Source: Catajapyx aquilonaris (lineage: Eukaryota). From it: DNA of 34,458 nt. Each line of letters starts with the position of its first letter. The stretch's first letter is position 1. The notes under the pieces are model-generated. The model worked only from the letters and a program-made list of their open reading frames with translations. It was not told the DNA's origin and made no database searches. A program made the translations under genes and the position numbers. Below are positions 1-11,388 of the stretch, piece by piece. The stretch is from assembly GCA_000934665.2 (NCBI GenBank), contig JYFJ02004552.1, positions 1 through 34,458 on the forward strand, written 5' to 3'.

Positions 1-279
1 CCCCCTGCCCGTCTTCCCCAGCCCTCCCCATCCCTGACCTGGCCACTACTCCTCTCCTCCGACTCCTCGCTGGCTGTGCGACCGCAATGGCGTAAACGGA
101 TAGTACGATTCGAGTGCCCGGCAGGAAATTAGTTCGCGGGAACTGGGCGCACTTCCAGACGGTATAAACACACCTTGAGGCGGTAGCCGACGTTATCACG
201 GAACTAGGTGTTGGTTGAGGGAAAGGGCTTTTAGGTGTGGTTGGAGAGGTCGGAATCAGCCCATCGATGTCGGCCTGTT

Positions 280-1578
280 CTAGTTTTCCGGACCTCCCGG
301 ACGCGACTTCTCCCATACAGCAAGGTCTTCCTGCAACTTCCAGCATGTTGGCTTGGAGTGACCTGGCTTCTCACAATAAGTGCCGAAAGGCTTTGAAGGA
401 TCAGATTCGGGTGTAGGCTTTTGGGGTTGACCCTTGCCACCTCTAGATCCTGGTTGTTGGCCCCCGCCACGGCCACGTCCTCTTAGGAACGTACGGGAAG
501 AAAGACTTCCTGTTTTGGACTCGTGGGAGGGGTTTCCGACAGGAGACAGACTTTCGTCGGGGGCTTGAAAACCCGAAAACTGCTTTGCCTGATCAGATTG
601 CCATTTGTGGATACCATCCGATAGCTTGGCTAACCGGAGGACCTCATCCAATGTAGACAGGTCCTGAGACATCACCTGTCTTTGTGTTTCTGGAGGCAAC
701 ACCTCGAACAGCTTACCACATGCAAGCTGTGCAATCATGTCGGTAGAGGCAGTTGGATAGGATTTACGAAGGGCTTCTTTAACCATTAACTACGTAGGTG
801 GGTGAAACACCTTTAACTACGTAGGTGGAGCCTGAGAGGCTCCAACGGTATATTTAAATTTCTGCTTATCAACTAAATTGTTATATTGGACTTTTCACAC
901 ACAGAAAGTGCAGTTCAGATCATTAGGCTTCCGATAACGTAAAAATCACACGCTGAGTCAGCATATTCCGACAGGGAAAAATTCTTATAATTAAAAGGTT
1001 ACATCATGCTTGAGCCGCTCAGGCTTCACCTGCATAGGTAGAGCCAGTATAGAGTCCAGGAGGGACCTGTTCCTCGTTACGATTTTTTTTAAACCAAACA
1101 ATAGGGACTAAAAAAAATTTTCTTTCCTTTTCATGCTTAGGAAGGTTTGTCTGACAAAGTCACGGAAGGACAGGGGAAAATAAAATTCGATGAAAAAGTT
1201 ACATGCGTTTAAATAGTGCTTGGAGCCTCTCAGGCTCCACCTACGTAGTTAAGGGTTAACTCGATATACATACGAGTCCCAGCTCTCATTAGGCTGTACC
1301 CTCAACAAAAAAGCTTCGCTTTGCTGTAGTACCTTTGGGGTGATGGGCTCTAAGGCTGCTGCCAGGGTTGTGCAGGCAGTGGTGAAATCAACCTTTTGGG
1401 CGTCTGATAGGAGACGGAATGCCTGGTAGGCACCACCTTCGAGAAAGAGGGGAAGACGTGCTAGCTTTTGCTCGTCATTCCAAGCCAATGCATCGCCGTA
1501 CAAGACGAACAGCTCTTTCCATTCGTGGAATGGAGAAACTCCACTGTACTTAGCGATTGGTGGAATACCTGTAGCCAT
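280..1578 (-). pseudogene. gag: gag of element A, interrupted by MITE 783-1255
   Basis: MATGIPPIAKY...ESWDSYVYRV joins KEALRKSYPTAS... in frame once the insert and one TTAA are removed. Degenerate zinc knuckle (YCEKPGHSKPTC) present. Confidence 0.9.
783..1255. mobile_element. piggyBac-type MITE
   Basis: TTAA at 779-782 and 1256-1259. Ends CC...GGG. About 36-bp inverted repeat TTAACTACGTAGGTGGAGCCTGAGAGGCTCCAA. Internal subterminal copy near 1011-1040. Confidence 0.9.
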
Positions 1579-2019
1579 CTCGACTCGACTTGACCAAACG
1601 ACGCTGAAATGGACGACACAGAGGACGCTCAAAAGAGGTAGACACCAAGGGGGGTGTCACACGTCTCACCCGTAGGGTGACGCACACCGGACCCTTTACA
1701 CAACCACTAATACACAAACCACGCTTGTAAATACACTCGCAAATATACTCACAAAATGAACCACAGAAAATACACTCGTAAATCAAAACCACACTTGTAA
1801 AACAAATTACTCGTAACGAACAAATGTACGTTACGTATCTGACCAAATTCGTAGGTTTACGTACTCGTAAGTAGTATACACTCTCAGAAGAGGAATAAGG
1901 TCAGAATTTCTCTCGTACTCGTGTATGTAACCACAGTAGTGGAAGTATACACACTCAGAACACCTCAGTATACGAACAGTGAACGCATACGTAACACCTT
2001 CTGTAAGAGCACCTACGAA

Positions 2020-2037
2020 ATCCCACTTCTGACACCA
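2020..2037 (-). promoter_or_regulatory. Primer binding site of element A (tRNA-Leu CAA/CAG-type)
   Basis: TGGTGTCAGAAGTGGGAT on the minus strand, 2 nt after the LTR end. Confidence 0.9.
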
Positions 2038-2039
2038 CT

Positions 2040-2409
2040 TGTAACCGTAGCAGGTACGAAAGACACCCGTGGGTTCTATGCTCAGTACAGATATTTATTT
2101 ACGTACGAGAGTACAGAAACATAAGGAGAAAAGTGGAAAATAAAGGATAACTATGGTAAGGATAGGTAAGGGGAAACCGGCACAGTAAAACCTGCCACGA
2201 CCAGCAATCAGGGTATTCTCCCAACGACTGGCCATGAGTGTACAGAGAGCCCCCTTTTTATACTACCAAAACACAATGCATGATGGGAGTGACGTCAGAG
2301 CATGTGGGTGGAGAGGGGCACATAAAAGGGGGGACCTTGAGTGGGATATAACTCAAGGTGAGAGAAAAAAGAAAGAACTGGAATGAATGCGTGACGTACT
2401 TCTGTCACA
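2040..2409 (-). repeat. 5' LTR of element A (370 bp)
   Basis: TG...CA ends; TATAAAAA and AATAAA on the minus strand; U5 resembles the element B LTR. Confidence 0.85.
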
Positions 2410-2513
2410 ACAGTACCGAACTAGCAGTTATTGCATATTTTCGTTGGTTAATCGCAGTTATTCGGTGACAGTTAAGATCCTCCCTCACGGCGAGCCAATA
2501 TGGCCGATAGAAT

Positions 2514-2962
2514 AAAAACGTCTCGGGAGAGCACGGGACCCCCGACACACAACACCTCGCCTGCGCGCCATCGTGCGGATCGCCTGCGCACCATCGTGCG
2601 GATCGCCTTCGCAGCATAAGAATCCCCCCATCGGAAGAAGCAATCCCAGCGATGGTTGCTGTAGTGTATTGGTAAGCGCGCTGGCCTATAGATCAGAAGG
2701 CTGCAGGTTCGCGTCCCCGTTAGGCTTCTTTTTTTCCCCCTCTTTTTTCGTCGTCTTTTCTTACGTGAAGATAGGGCTGTATACGCTGGCGATAGGGCTG
2801 TATCCGCAACGAGTGAAGGTTAGGTTAGGTTAGGTTGGGTTAGTACATCGTACCCCTACCCCCTGCCAACATATCAACACCCCTGCCTTCCGGCCTTCCC
2901 GCACGATGGCGCGCAGGCGAGGTGTTGTGTGTCGGGGTCCCGTGCTCTCCCGAGACGTTTGT
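2514..2962. mobile_element. Non-autonomous TIR element, copy 1 (tRNA-like cassette + TTAGG array)
   Basis: About 65-bp TIRs AAAAACGTCTC...GAGACGTTTGT; 8-bp TSD GATAGAAT/GATAGAAG; related copy at 19141-19661. Confidence 0.85.
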
Positions 2963-3472
2963 GATAGAAGAGCCGTCGGGCCGAATGTAGCAGCTTATTT
3001 AACGGCTATTAATAACAGTTATTTCTAGTCGCAATAACTGTTAACATCATATTACCCGGGATCTGACCCATCAACAGCTTCTTCGCTCGTCACAGGTTGA
3101 AGTGGGAGGGATGCCTTGAACAGAAAACCTGCAGAACTCTCGAAAATCTTACCGAACGGCGTGAAAAGGTCGTAATAGGCATTAATATGTGGTAATAGGC
3201 CATTTAGGTCCCAACACCCGAAATAGGCATTTTTAGGTTCTATAAAACTACGATTTTTGACGTCCTTGTGTTATGAAACGGATAGATATTTTGGTTCCGG
3301 TGTTCTGCCTACAAAAGAAAAAGTAGGTAAAAACCTAGAAATCCGTTCTCTAGTCATCAGTTATTTTCACTCATTTGCCAAGCACAGGGCCGTTTCGCGA
3401 CCCGTCCCCTTGAGAGTGCTAGCGTCGCGTCCGATGCGATACCTTATTGGGTAGTGTGACGTCACGAAATGA

Positions 3473-3636
3473 CAGCCTGTTTCCAAGCCTGGTAAGCCCG
3501 GGGGTTGGAAGGCGGAGTCGACTCAACACCGCGTATGTTCGACATTATGCATACGGATCGGGCTCAACCCCCAGGTTAACCCCAGCCCGGGGTTACTCAA
3601 CCCCGGGTTGAGAATGTGCATTATGAATACAGGCCT
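3473..3636. mobile_element. Small MITE-like remnant with AACCCCGGGGTT-type repeats
   Basis: Repeated palindromic motifs; ends GCCTGT/ACAGGC are only partly complementary. Confidence 0.35.
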
Positions 3637-3779
3637 TAGACTAATATCTCACGAATTAGTGGAAGTTAAATTGCTTTCTGAAGCAAAATAGCAGCTTTCA
3701 ATTTGGAAATATCTTGCTCTTTTTATACGATTATTTTGACGGAAATGTCGCGAATGACAATATATTGTTTTCATATTTA

Positions 3780-3880
3780 GGGAAGGCGGAGTGGGGCAGT
3801 CGGCAATATGTTCTTCCACGGAAGTAATGGTGCCGGGTTCGATCCAAACCCCGGTTTCCCTTACCATTTCGTCAGGAGTT
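3780..3880 (+). mobile_element. Degenerate tRNA-derived SINE head (family SA)
   Basis: GGCGGAGTGG...CCACGGAAGT...GGTTCGATCC matches the copies at 20188 and 18143. Confidence 0.7.
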
Positions 3881-6773
3881 TTTTCTCCAGCTTTAGTTTC
3901 CAGAGGTAGTTCCCCCCGAATGTTGCATAATGTCAGTGCACTGACACTCGTAGGCTATATATACGTTGTCCTTTCCAATCGTCAACAGTCATCATTCCCA
4001 AGTTCGTCTGCGCCTAATGACGTCACGCGAGGGAAGTAGGTAGTGCGGTCCCTCAGGCTGACAGCTTTTCACCACCACAATATGCAACTTGTACAGTACT
4101 GATATTCGGTATGCTAATGCATATACGTGGCTGCTGAATATAAACTGAAAGTGCCCTAAGACGTTCATTGATGCTCCAGGGTAGGTCTACTCCTTGGTAC
4201 TCCCAGGTGACTCCCAGGTGACTCCTTGAACTTGATACTCCGGTATACACTTTACAGTCGAGTGAGTATCCCCTCGTTCCTATTCCTTCAGAAGCGGGTA
4301 ACATTGGAACACTTATCAAGGAAAGGCAGAGGAGAAGTGTCACAGGGGGTGTAGGGAATGAATATTGAGTCGAGGGTAATTGGAGTAACTGATGTATTGA
4401 GACAAAATAGCTGTTACAGAGTGTAATAGGGGGAGGATTGACAAGGATGGGGTAGGTGCAGGAGGAGGAAGAAGTAGGATGTCATCTAGAGGGGGATGAA
4501 ATCCAGACTAAACTCAAAGAACTAAAGAAGGCAGGGGAAAGCAGGAGGGTGCCCAAGAAGGAGGGGGGTGGCGAGGTCAAGAGAGGATCGTACCGTTGGG
4601 TCGTTGGGCAATCAGGGTGTCATTCACTGAGGGAGGGTTTTTATGGGGGGTAGGGGCAGGAATTGGACTGAAAGGTGGAGGGCAATAAATAGGGGATAGG
4701 ATGGATATGGCAGGGTGGTATGTAAGATGGGCTGTTTTAGGCTGGATGCATTGTAAGAAGGGAGCGAGAGCAAGTGGGGTAACGGATATACCGTTACAAC
4801 ATGCAGCCATATACCTGTGTGCACGCATCTGACGCATGTGCGATGTGCGAACGTTTTATTGCAGTTCAGTAGTGTTAATGTGAGTTGGAGTAGGTCTGTT
4901 AATTTGATGCCGTTATGACGGAAGTATTTTGAAGTTGTATGGGTGCATTACCTACCAGGCAAAGTGTCAATATTTTATAGATGAACTTGACTCATGGCTA
5001 ACTTTTAAAATGCCTACGCGACTATGTCTTGTGTAGTGGGGCCTTCAATTCATTTCTGAATGAAATGAAAGTGGTTTTATGTTTTCGCTCTAGAAAGGAG
5101 TTAATATTCATCTGAAATTCCCCGGGCTATTGCGCAGGAGATTCTATAGTTGTGCTGCTCTCTGATAGTGTAAAGTATATCTATGAAAGAGCAGTGTCCC
5201 AAAGGGGGTGTTCGGATACACGCTTTTATGGATCCGAGGCTAAATTGTGTGCAGCAAAGTAGACGCCTGTTTCAGCTGGTAGACCGTGGAGGATATATTC
5301 GTAAGCAGGCAGAAACTCGATAGCACACATGAATAATTAAACGAGAATGGCAGGCCGCTTTTGCGATAAGGTAGCTATTGCACATATGAATATTGGAGTT
5401 AGAAATTCTGTTTGGCGCCGGCAAGTCTAGGCCTTCCAGTTGTGTGCCAATCAATAGCCTCTCCCCACTCCCCCCAGCCCTGCAATCTATTCCTTTAGTA
5501 ATACCGTTCAAACTTTAAATGTGATATACAGTGGATGGAATATGGGAAATAGAAGGGGAGGGGAGGTAGAAGTTACTACAGGTAGACTTAATGAGACTCC
5601 TAGGTTTTCCTCTCGGCGCGGCATACAAACATAATTCTTCATTTAAATAGAGGATGAATCCTTGTAAATGTGGCCAAGGCATATCAAGACACGAAATTCA
5701 GAACGATTCGAATTACGTTCACCTGATTTCGAGATAATTATGAATGTTTGAAATTTGAAGGTCACATTACTCCTTATGCTTTATATGGGATCATCTTCCT
5801 TTCAGCCATTTCTTCGGGCGGCCTGACTTAACCGCCAGAATGAACTCTCTTCGAAGGCTATAACAATGGCTAACTTTATTTTGACCAAAATGTGATTTAA
5901 ATCGTTGTGCATAATTATCAGGTCTTCCTGTGCAAAATAAAATTATACTTAAGGAAACCTGCTTCCAGAAAATCCTCCATCCATCAAAAAATATTCTCCG
6001 TAGCGAACAGGTGTCAGTTGCATGCCATAAAAATACATTTATATGATGAGTTCCCTGTCGTATTTTGTGCAAATTTTGGGAGGCTCTTGTTATTGACGCG
6101 CAGACTATTAATAAAAATTGCCTTCAAAGTCGGTCTCGGGTGGATCTACAAGGCTATACGAGTATAGGTCGCAACCGACAAGCGATTCTCTTGCAGGCCA
6201 TAGAGTCGACGCATTCCAGCGCGCGCACTATGAGCATACGATCGCCTTCGACATTTTTGTTCGACATACAGTATGTTTTGCAAGGCCACTTTTTGATTCT
6301 ACCAGACCACTAGCAGAGACACTCCAAGAAGCAACTGGAAAACCTTTGAACGTCCACTTGCTGACAATCTGGGCACGTGATTGGCGGAGAGCTCGTCACG
6401 TGACATGCAGAAGCCATGTTTGGGCCTTTCCACTTCCCCTCTGCTATATTGCACGACATATGTGGCAAAATGGTTTAGATCCATTGTACGTAGAAACATT
6501 ATATTATTAATGGCTCTGGGGTAAACCAAAGGGCGGGGGACGAGCCCCTCACACACACATTCTTTGGGAGGACAAAGAGGAAAATAATTGTCATAAAATT
6601 TGGGACAAAAAATCTTCAAAAAATCAAATGAGAAAATGCTGTATACACTGGGCTACTATACGGAGTCAGAGGGCTCAAATTAACTTGATAGTCTTTTTCG
6701 GAAAGCGTATCTGCTACGAGAAGGAGCGGCAGCTGGGCGGAGGTGCTCCAGGAAAGTCCAGGCTTAGTGGAGG

Positions 6774-7837
6774 ATGGCAGGAGACAAGGGCGAGACTGGG
6801 AGGGGGGGGGGGGGAACCGGNCAGAGGAAGCTGGGGGAGTTTTGGCCAGGAGAGAGGGAAGGCAGAGCGGCGGACGACGGTGGCGCCATCCGGCCGGAGG
6901 AGGAGGAAGTGGTGGAGGGGGTGAATGGGACCGGAAGGAAAGATGGCGGCGGCGGCCATGCTGAGGCCGGGAGTGAGGGGAAGAAGAGGAAGGTGATCTC
7001 TCCACCGGCCAGTGATGGGGAGGGTGACAAAGGGGACGGGGGAGAAGAGGAAGAGGAGAGGCTGCCTGTGATGATGACACACTTCATGAAGATGCTGGAG
7101 GACATGGCGGCCCATATGAAGAAGATGGAGGGGAGGATGTCCAGAGAGGTGAAGGAAGTCAAGGAGCAGGTGGGTGGGATGGAGCGCAAGTGGAAGGAAG
7201 AGGCCGGCAGGATGGAGCGGCAGGTGGCGCAGCTGAGGAAGGAGACCGAGCAGGCAAGAAAGGAGACGGAGGAAGCGAGGAGGGAGAGAGAGTCAAATCG
7301 GAGAAAGCTGATAGACTTGGAGGATAGGAGCAGGAGGGATAACCTTGTGATCAGCGGGATCCCGGAAGAGGCGGAGGAGACATGGGCGAGGACGGAGGAG
7401 TTGCTGAAGGAGATGGTGAGCAAGAGGATGGGCCTGACTTTGCGGTTCATCTCCCGCGCACACCGGGTGGGGCCAAAGAGGGTGGGGGTGGACCGCAAGG
7501 TAGTGGTCTAATTTGACTCCGGGAAGGAGAGGCGGAGGCCATGCTGAAGGAGAAGGTGAAACTGAAGGGCAGAAACATCTACATCGATGAGGGCTACTCA
7601 TTGGCGACACGGGAGGTGCGCAGGCAGCTCTTCCGGGTGGCACGGGACTGGCGAGCCTCGGGAACCCCCAGCACTGTCCAGGTGGACAAGCTGGTGGCCG
7701 GGGGGAAATGGAACATGTGGGACGAGTAGAAGCAGGAGGCAGTGCTGGAGCAGAGAAAGCGGGGCCAAGGAGAGCGGAGTGAACGGGCAACAGGAGGATG
7801 GAGAGTGGCTGGAGGGAACAGAGGGGTTGCACACTGA
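6774..7837 (+). pseudogene. L1-type ORF1 (coiled coil + RRM + CTD) of a non-LTR element, with no ORF2
   Basis: Coiled coil, then DLEDRSRRDNLVISGIPE, RAHRVG and KLKGRNIYIDEGYS motifs. Stops at 7509 and 7727, frameshift near 7530. Confidence 0.85.
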
Positions 7838-7844
7838 GGTNAAT

Positions 7845-8032
7845 CCATAAGGTCCATAGGTAGAATGTTATGGATATACATAGAATCAATCATGGATATC
7901 ATGGATATCCAGAGGGTCCATGAAGGATAGCATGGACCTCCATGATATCCATGGAAAATGTCATGGATATCCATAATATCCATGGAAAATGTCATGGATA
8001 TCCATAATATTCATATGGATATTTTGACTGGG
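7845..8032. repeat. CATGGATATC-type tandem subterminal repeats ending ...TTTTGACTGGG; probable end of a CMC/EnSpm-like DNA transposon
   Basis: Repeated 10-bp motif plus a 30-bp duplicated unit; GGG terminus. Confidence 0.5.
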
Positions 8033-8785
8033 GCGGAGTGCTTTCTGGGAATATGTGCAGTGGGAGGCGGTCTCATGTGTAAGTGGTGGATAGAGATAAG
8101 CGAGGAAATTCCTTGAGCTCTGCATATTGCCTAAGATGTAGTACAACATTAAGATGATGCAACATTGCCACATACAACGTGGTGCAGCGTTATAACATAA
8201 TTTTTTTCTTTTTTCTGGAATAAATAATATCCAAAACCCTAGTCTAGTAACAGCCTAGGGACGGTCACCAGCTAGGCGGTCTCGTCTGGTATGGTATGGT
8301 CTGCTCGGTCCACCAGGTGAGTGGACCGCTGGTTGTGTCTCTCCCGTACTGCCGGTAGGAGCTTCTGTCCGACGGGCTGCTTCCCCTGGCGTCGCAAGCG
8401 TCGGGACGTCTGCTTCCGGTGTAGCAGGTGGCTGGTCCTCCGGCGCACAGTGGGGTATTTGGGCCGAAAAGTGGGTCAAAATTTTTCTGTAGGCTTTTGC
8501 TTCTAAAATGCTGTGATTCATTAATTTATGAAGTAATAGGGGAAGTAAAGTACCGGTAGTTTTTGGTGACAAAAAGGCAGGCAGTATGGACCTTTACTGG
8601 CACAAGCGATATGTACGAATTACTCCATTTTGTAAGAAACGATTGCGGATTTCTCAGGAATCGTAGCCAATTTCGGATTTTCATTGTCATATTCGTAATC
8701 AGCACATTGAAATCTTGAATAAATGTCTACTTTAATCTTAGAAGTTTGACTTTTGTCAAAATTTGTTGCCCAGCAGTGATTATAG

Positions 8786-9167
8786 TGTGACCTGATTTTT
8801 CCGGTCATGTAAAATTTCGCCTCATTGTATCAACTGATTTTGGCATAACTGTACAAGCTGTACCATGTGACAGTCGCCCACTCTATCTCCCTCCATCACG
8901 ACGCGCACCACGTGTCTCCTACCCGGCTCGTACCCATCCTGCCTTGCGGCCTCCCCTTTATAAACGAGTGTCGCCGTGAAATCGAGGCCAGTGCCCAGGA
9001 GAATATCCAGGCACTTGGTCAGTCCGCTAGTCAGGACATTCCTCACTCTCTTTCCTTACCTTTTCACTTTGTACGGTACTTACTGATTGCCTCTCGGACC
9101 AATAAAAATCTGTACTTGAACATACCCACTGAGTCTTCTTCCGTGTGATCCAACCGCTCGGGTCACA
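8786..9167 (+). repeat. 5' LTR of element B (382 bp)
   Basis: TGTGACC...GGTCACA; by eye about 3 substitutions and 1 indel versus the 3' LTR. Confidence 0.97.
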
Positions 9168-9174
9168 CATTTCG

Positions 9175-9192
9175 TGGTGTCAGAAGTGCGAT
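9175..9192 (+). promoter_or_regulatory. PBS of element B (tRNA-Leu)
   Basis: TGGTGTCAGAAGTGCGAT, 7 nt downstream of the LTR. Confidence 0.85.
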
Positions 9193-9386
9193 CTGATCTC
9201 CTTTGTGGGGATTCAGATTTGTTCAGACAGTTAAGACGACGTAACTCTGTTCTCTCAGCTGCACTGTGGGTTTTTCCTACATATCCCTTTTTGGGATTTG
9301 TGGAAGGTTGTGCGAGTTCTCCTTTTTGGAACTTACGCATATACTCAAAGTGTATGTTGGTTTTGGCCAGTGGGACTGGTACAAAC

Positions 9387-9617
9387 AAGTGTTTTCGTAT
9401 GCAGACTGGAGGTGTTCGCATTGCACTCAGTGAATGCGGAAGAGGCTGTGTACGAGGGTATATGTATTGCGTGCACTCTTAAGACGAGTGTACATAGGTA
9501 TAGGTACGAGAAAAGTGTTTTCGTATGCAGACTGGTGTTCGCATGGCACTCGGTGAATGCGGAAGAGGCTGTGTACGAGGGTATGTGTTGCGTACACTCT
9601 TAATACGAGTGTACATA
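9387..9617 (+). repeat. Tandem duplication (period about 126 bp) in the element B leader
   Basis: AAGTGTTTTCGTATGCAGACTGG...ACGAGTGTACATA at 9387 and 9513. Confidence 0.9.
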
Positions 9618-9723
9618 CGAACTGGTATTGGGGTGGAAAGAGTATGTGTATGTGGACCGGTGTTGACATTGCAAACATCGCAACTAGGTGAAGGGTCCAT
9701 ATACGAGTGTAAACAAAATCAAT

Positions 9724-10577
9724 ATGGCTTCAGGTATACCACCGATTGCAAAATTCGATGGTTCCACTTCATTCTCAGAGTGGAAGGAGTTGTACGGCCT
9801 GTATGGTTCTGCAGCGGAATGGGACGACCCCAAGCTGTTGGTAAGACTTACGTTGTTCCTAGAGGGAAATGCCTTTCAAGCATATCTCCTCCTCAACGAG
9901 CAGCAGAAGGCCGATTTCAATACGGCGTGTGCTTCTTTGGAGGCCTGTTTACTGCCCGTAACTCCCAAGGTCCTAAGCCAGAGTGAAGCTACTTTGCTAA
10001 CTCGTAATCCAACCGAGAGTTGGGATTCGTTCACATTTCGCCTGCAACAGGCCATGACGAAAACCTACCCAACTGCTTCCGTTGACGTAGTCTCCCAGCT
10101 TGTTTGTGGTAAGCTCTTCGAAGCTTTGCCATTAGAGACGCAACAGCAAGTCATGACACAGGACCTGTCGACTTTGACAGACATCCTAAGGGTGGCGAAG
10201 CTCACGGAAGGGATACAAAAATGGAAAAGTCAGCTTCACCAGTCAAAAGACACTTCTCTGTCCCCACAGGGTTTTCATACCCTAGATAATGGGTTTAGTG
10301 GACACGGAAAGACATCTCCTTCCGTACCTACACCCACTAGTCCGGTCCGCTCTCAGACTTTCGAGAGAGGACGCGGTCGCGGCAGAACTCGATTCCACGG
10401 TCGTGGACGCGGCTCCAACCCGCAAAAGGAACCTTCCCCAAATCCTACGGGAAGTGATGTTCCTATAGTATGTGAATACTGCAAACTGCCCAGACATACC
10501 AAGAAAAATGTTAGAAGTTGCAACATGATATAGCGGAATGGGAAAAGACTAAGCCAGGTCTGCAGGGAAACTGCTGA
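9724..10577 (+). pseudogene. gag: gag of element B (1-nt deletion and TGG>TAG in the zinc-knuckle region)
   Basis: MASGIPPIAKFDG...CEYCKLPRHTKK; the shifted frame continues C*KLQHDIAEWEKTKPGLQGNC, matching element A CWKLQEDLAVWEKSRPG. Confidence 0.9.
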
Positions 10578-10609
10578 AGGTCGGCCAAAAGGGGCAAACC
10601 CCGGCCTTC
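10565..10609 (+). promoter_or_regulatory. -1 programmed ribosomal frameshift signal (gag-pol)
   Basis: G GGA AAC in gag phase, then a GAAGGTCGG/CCGGCCTTC stem; the -1 frame is open into the protease. Confidence 0.8.
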
Positions 10610-11247
10610 GAACCGTCCTCAACGGACACACCGCAGCCCCATCTTTCCGTGATATCCTCTGCCACCGCACCAGTGCGCATCCACTGTAAGGAGTACAGAG
10701 CTTTGACTGACACCGGTGCAGTTTGCTCGTTGATCAGCTCTGAAGTATGGAATGACATCCCTATCGATGCCAAACCACAAGTGGAACCCACCACCATTGT
10801 TTTACGTGTATGTGATGGCAGACGATGCTTTCCCCTTGGTAAGGACTTCTTCCTATAGAAATAGGGCATATGGTATATAGCCATACTTTTCTGATAGTGG
10901 ATCACCCTGTAGCCGATGTTGCACTAGGCATGGACTTTCTGAAGTTACAGGGATGCCACATCGACTTGGAGACGGACACTTTGTCGTGTAAACCTCCTAA
11001 CCCTACGCATCCTTCTTCTTTGCCACATCCGGTCAAAGTCAAACTTTCCCTATGCCAAACAATCACCCTTCCCCCAAAAAGCGAAATGGTTGTATCCTGT
11101 TTCATTGCCGACGGAAAGGCGCCATGCTCCTTTTCCACCGGCGTGGTTGAACCACATTGGGACAACTCAGATCGGTTCCATATTCTGCTCGCGAGGAGTA
11201 TGGTCTCCCCTGAGAACTCTCCCGACCGAAACAAAGTACCAGTAAGG

Positions 11248-11388
11248 ATTGCAAACCTACTACCAGTAGAAACATCAATCCCGCATAATACCACACTCGG
11301 ATACTTATTCCCCATTGCAAACCTACTACCAGTAGAAACATCAATCCCGCATAATACCACACTCGGATACTTATTCCCCATTGCAAAC
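11248..11388 (+). repeat. In-frame 66-bp tandem duplication in pol
   Basis: IANLLPVETSIPHNTTLGYLFP twice, bounded by ATTGCAAAC at 11248, 11314 and 11380. Confidence 0.95.

Larger units (their letters stand above)
178..2409 (-). mobile_element. Ty3/Gypsy LTR retrotransposon A, 5' part only (LTR, PBS, leader, gag, start of pol)
   Basis: LTR TGTGAC...GGTTACA, tRNA-Leu PBS, gag clearly homologous to element B gag. Similarity to B pol (SVITSATA vs SVISSATA) stops near 178, before any DTG protease motif. Confidence 0.9.

Noticed and set aside
2653..2726. Functional tRNA gene (likewise heads at 3780, 18143, 20188, 21750, 30836)
   Set aside because: Stems are imperfect and all lie within repeats; treated as tRNA-derived
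2817..2842. True telomere or subtelomere
   Set aside because: Only about 5 TTAGG units, internal to a transposon and repeated at 19311
4050..6600. Host exons or a degenerate LINE 3' end
   Set aside because: No convincing protein motif or consistent splice structure found by eye
6616..7889. Several long minus-strand ORFs
   Set aside because: Shadows of the purine-rich ORF1
7845..8020. CRISPR-like array
   Set aside because: Degenerate tandem motifs without unique spacers; eukaryotic context, no cas genes
8255..8572. Remnant of a retroelement pol C-terminus (HTRRDRL)
   Set aside because: Single weak motif, with no LTR or PPT support
8822..9148. Duplicated small ORFs (also 17279-17605)
   Set aside because: Identical only because they lie in the paired LTRs
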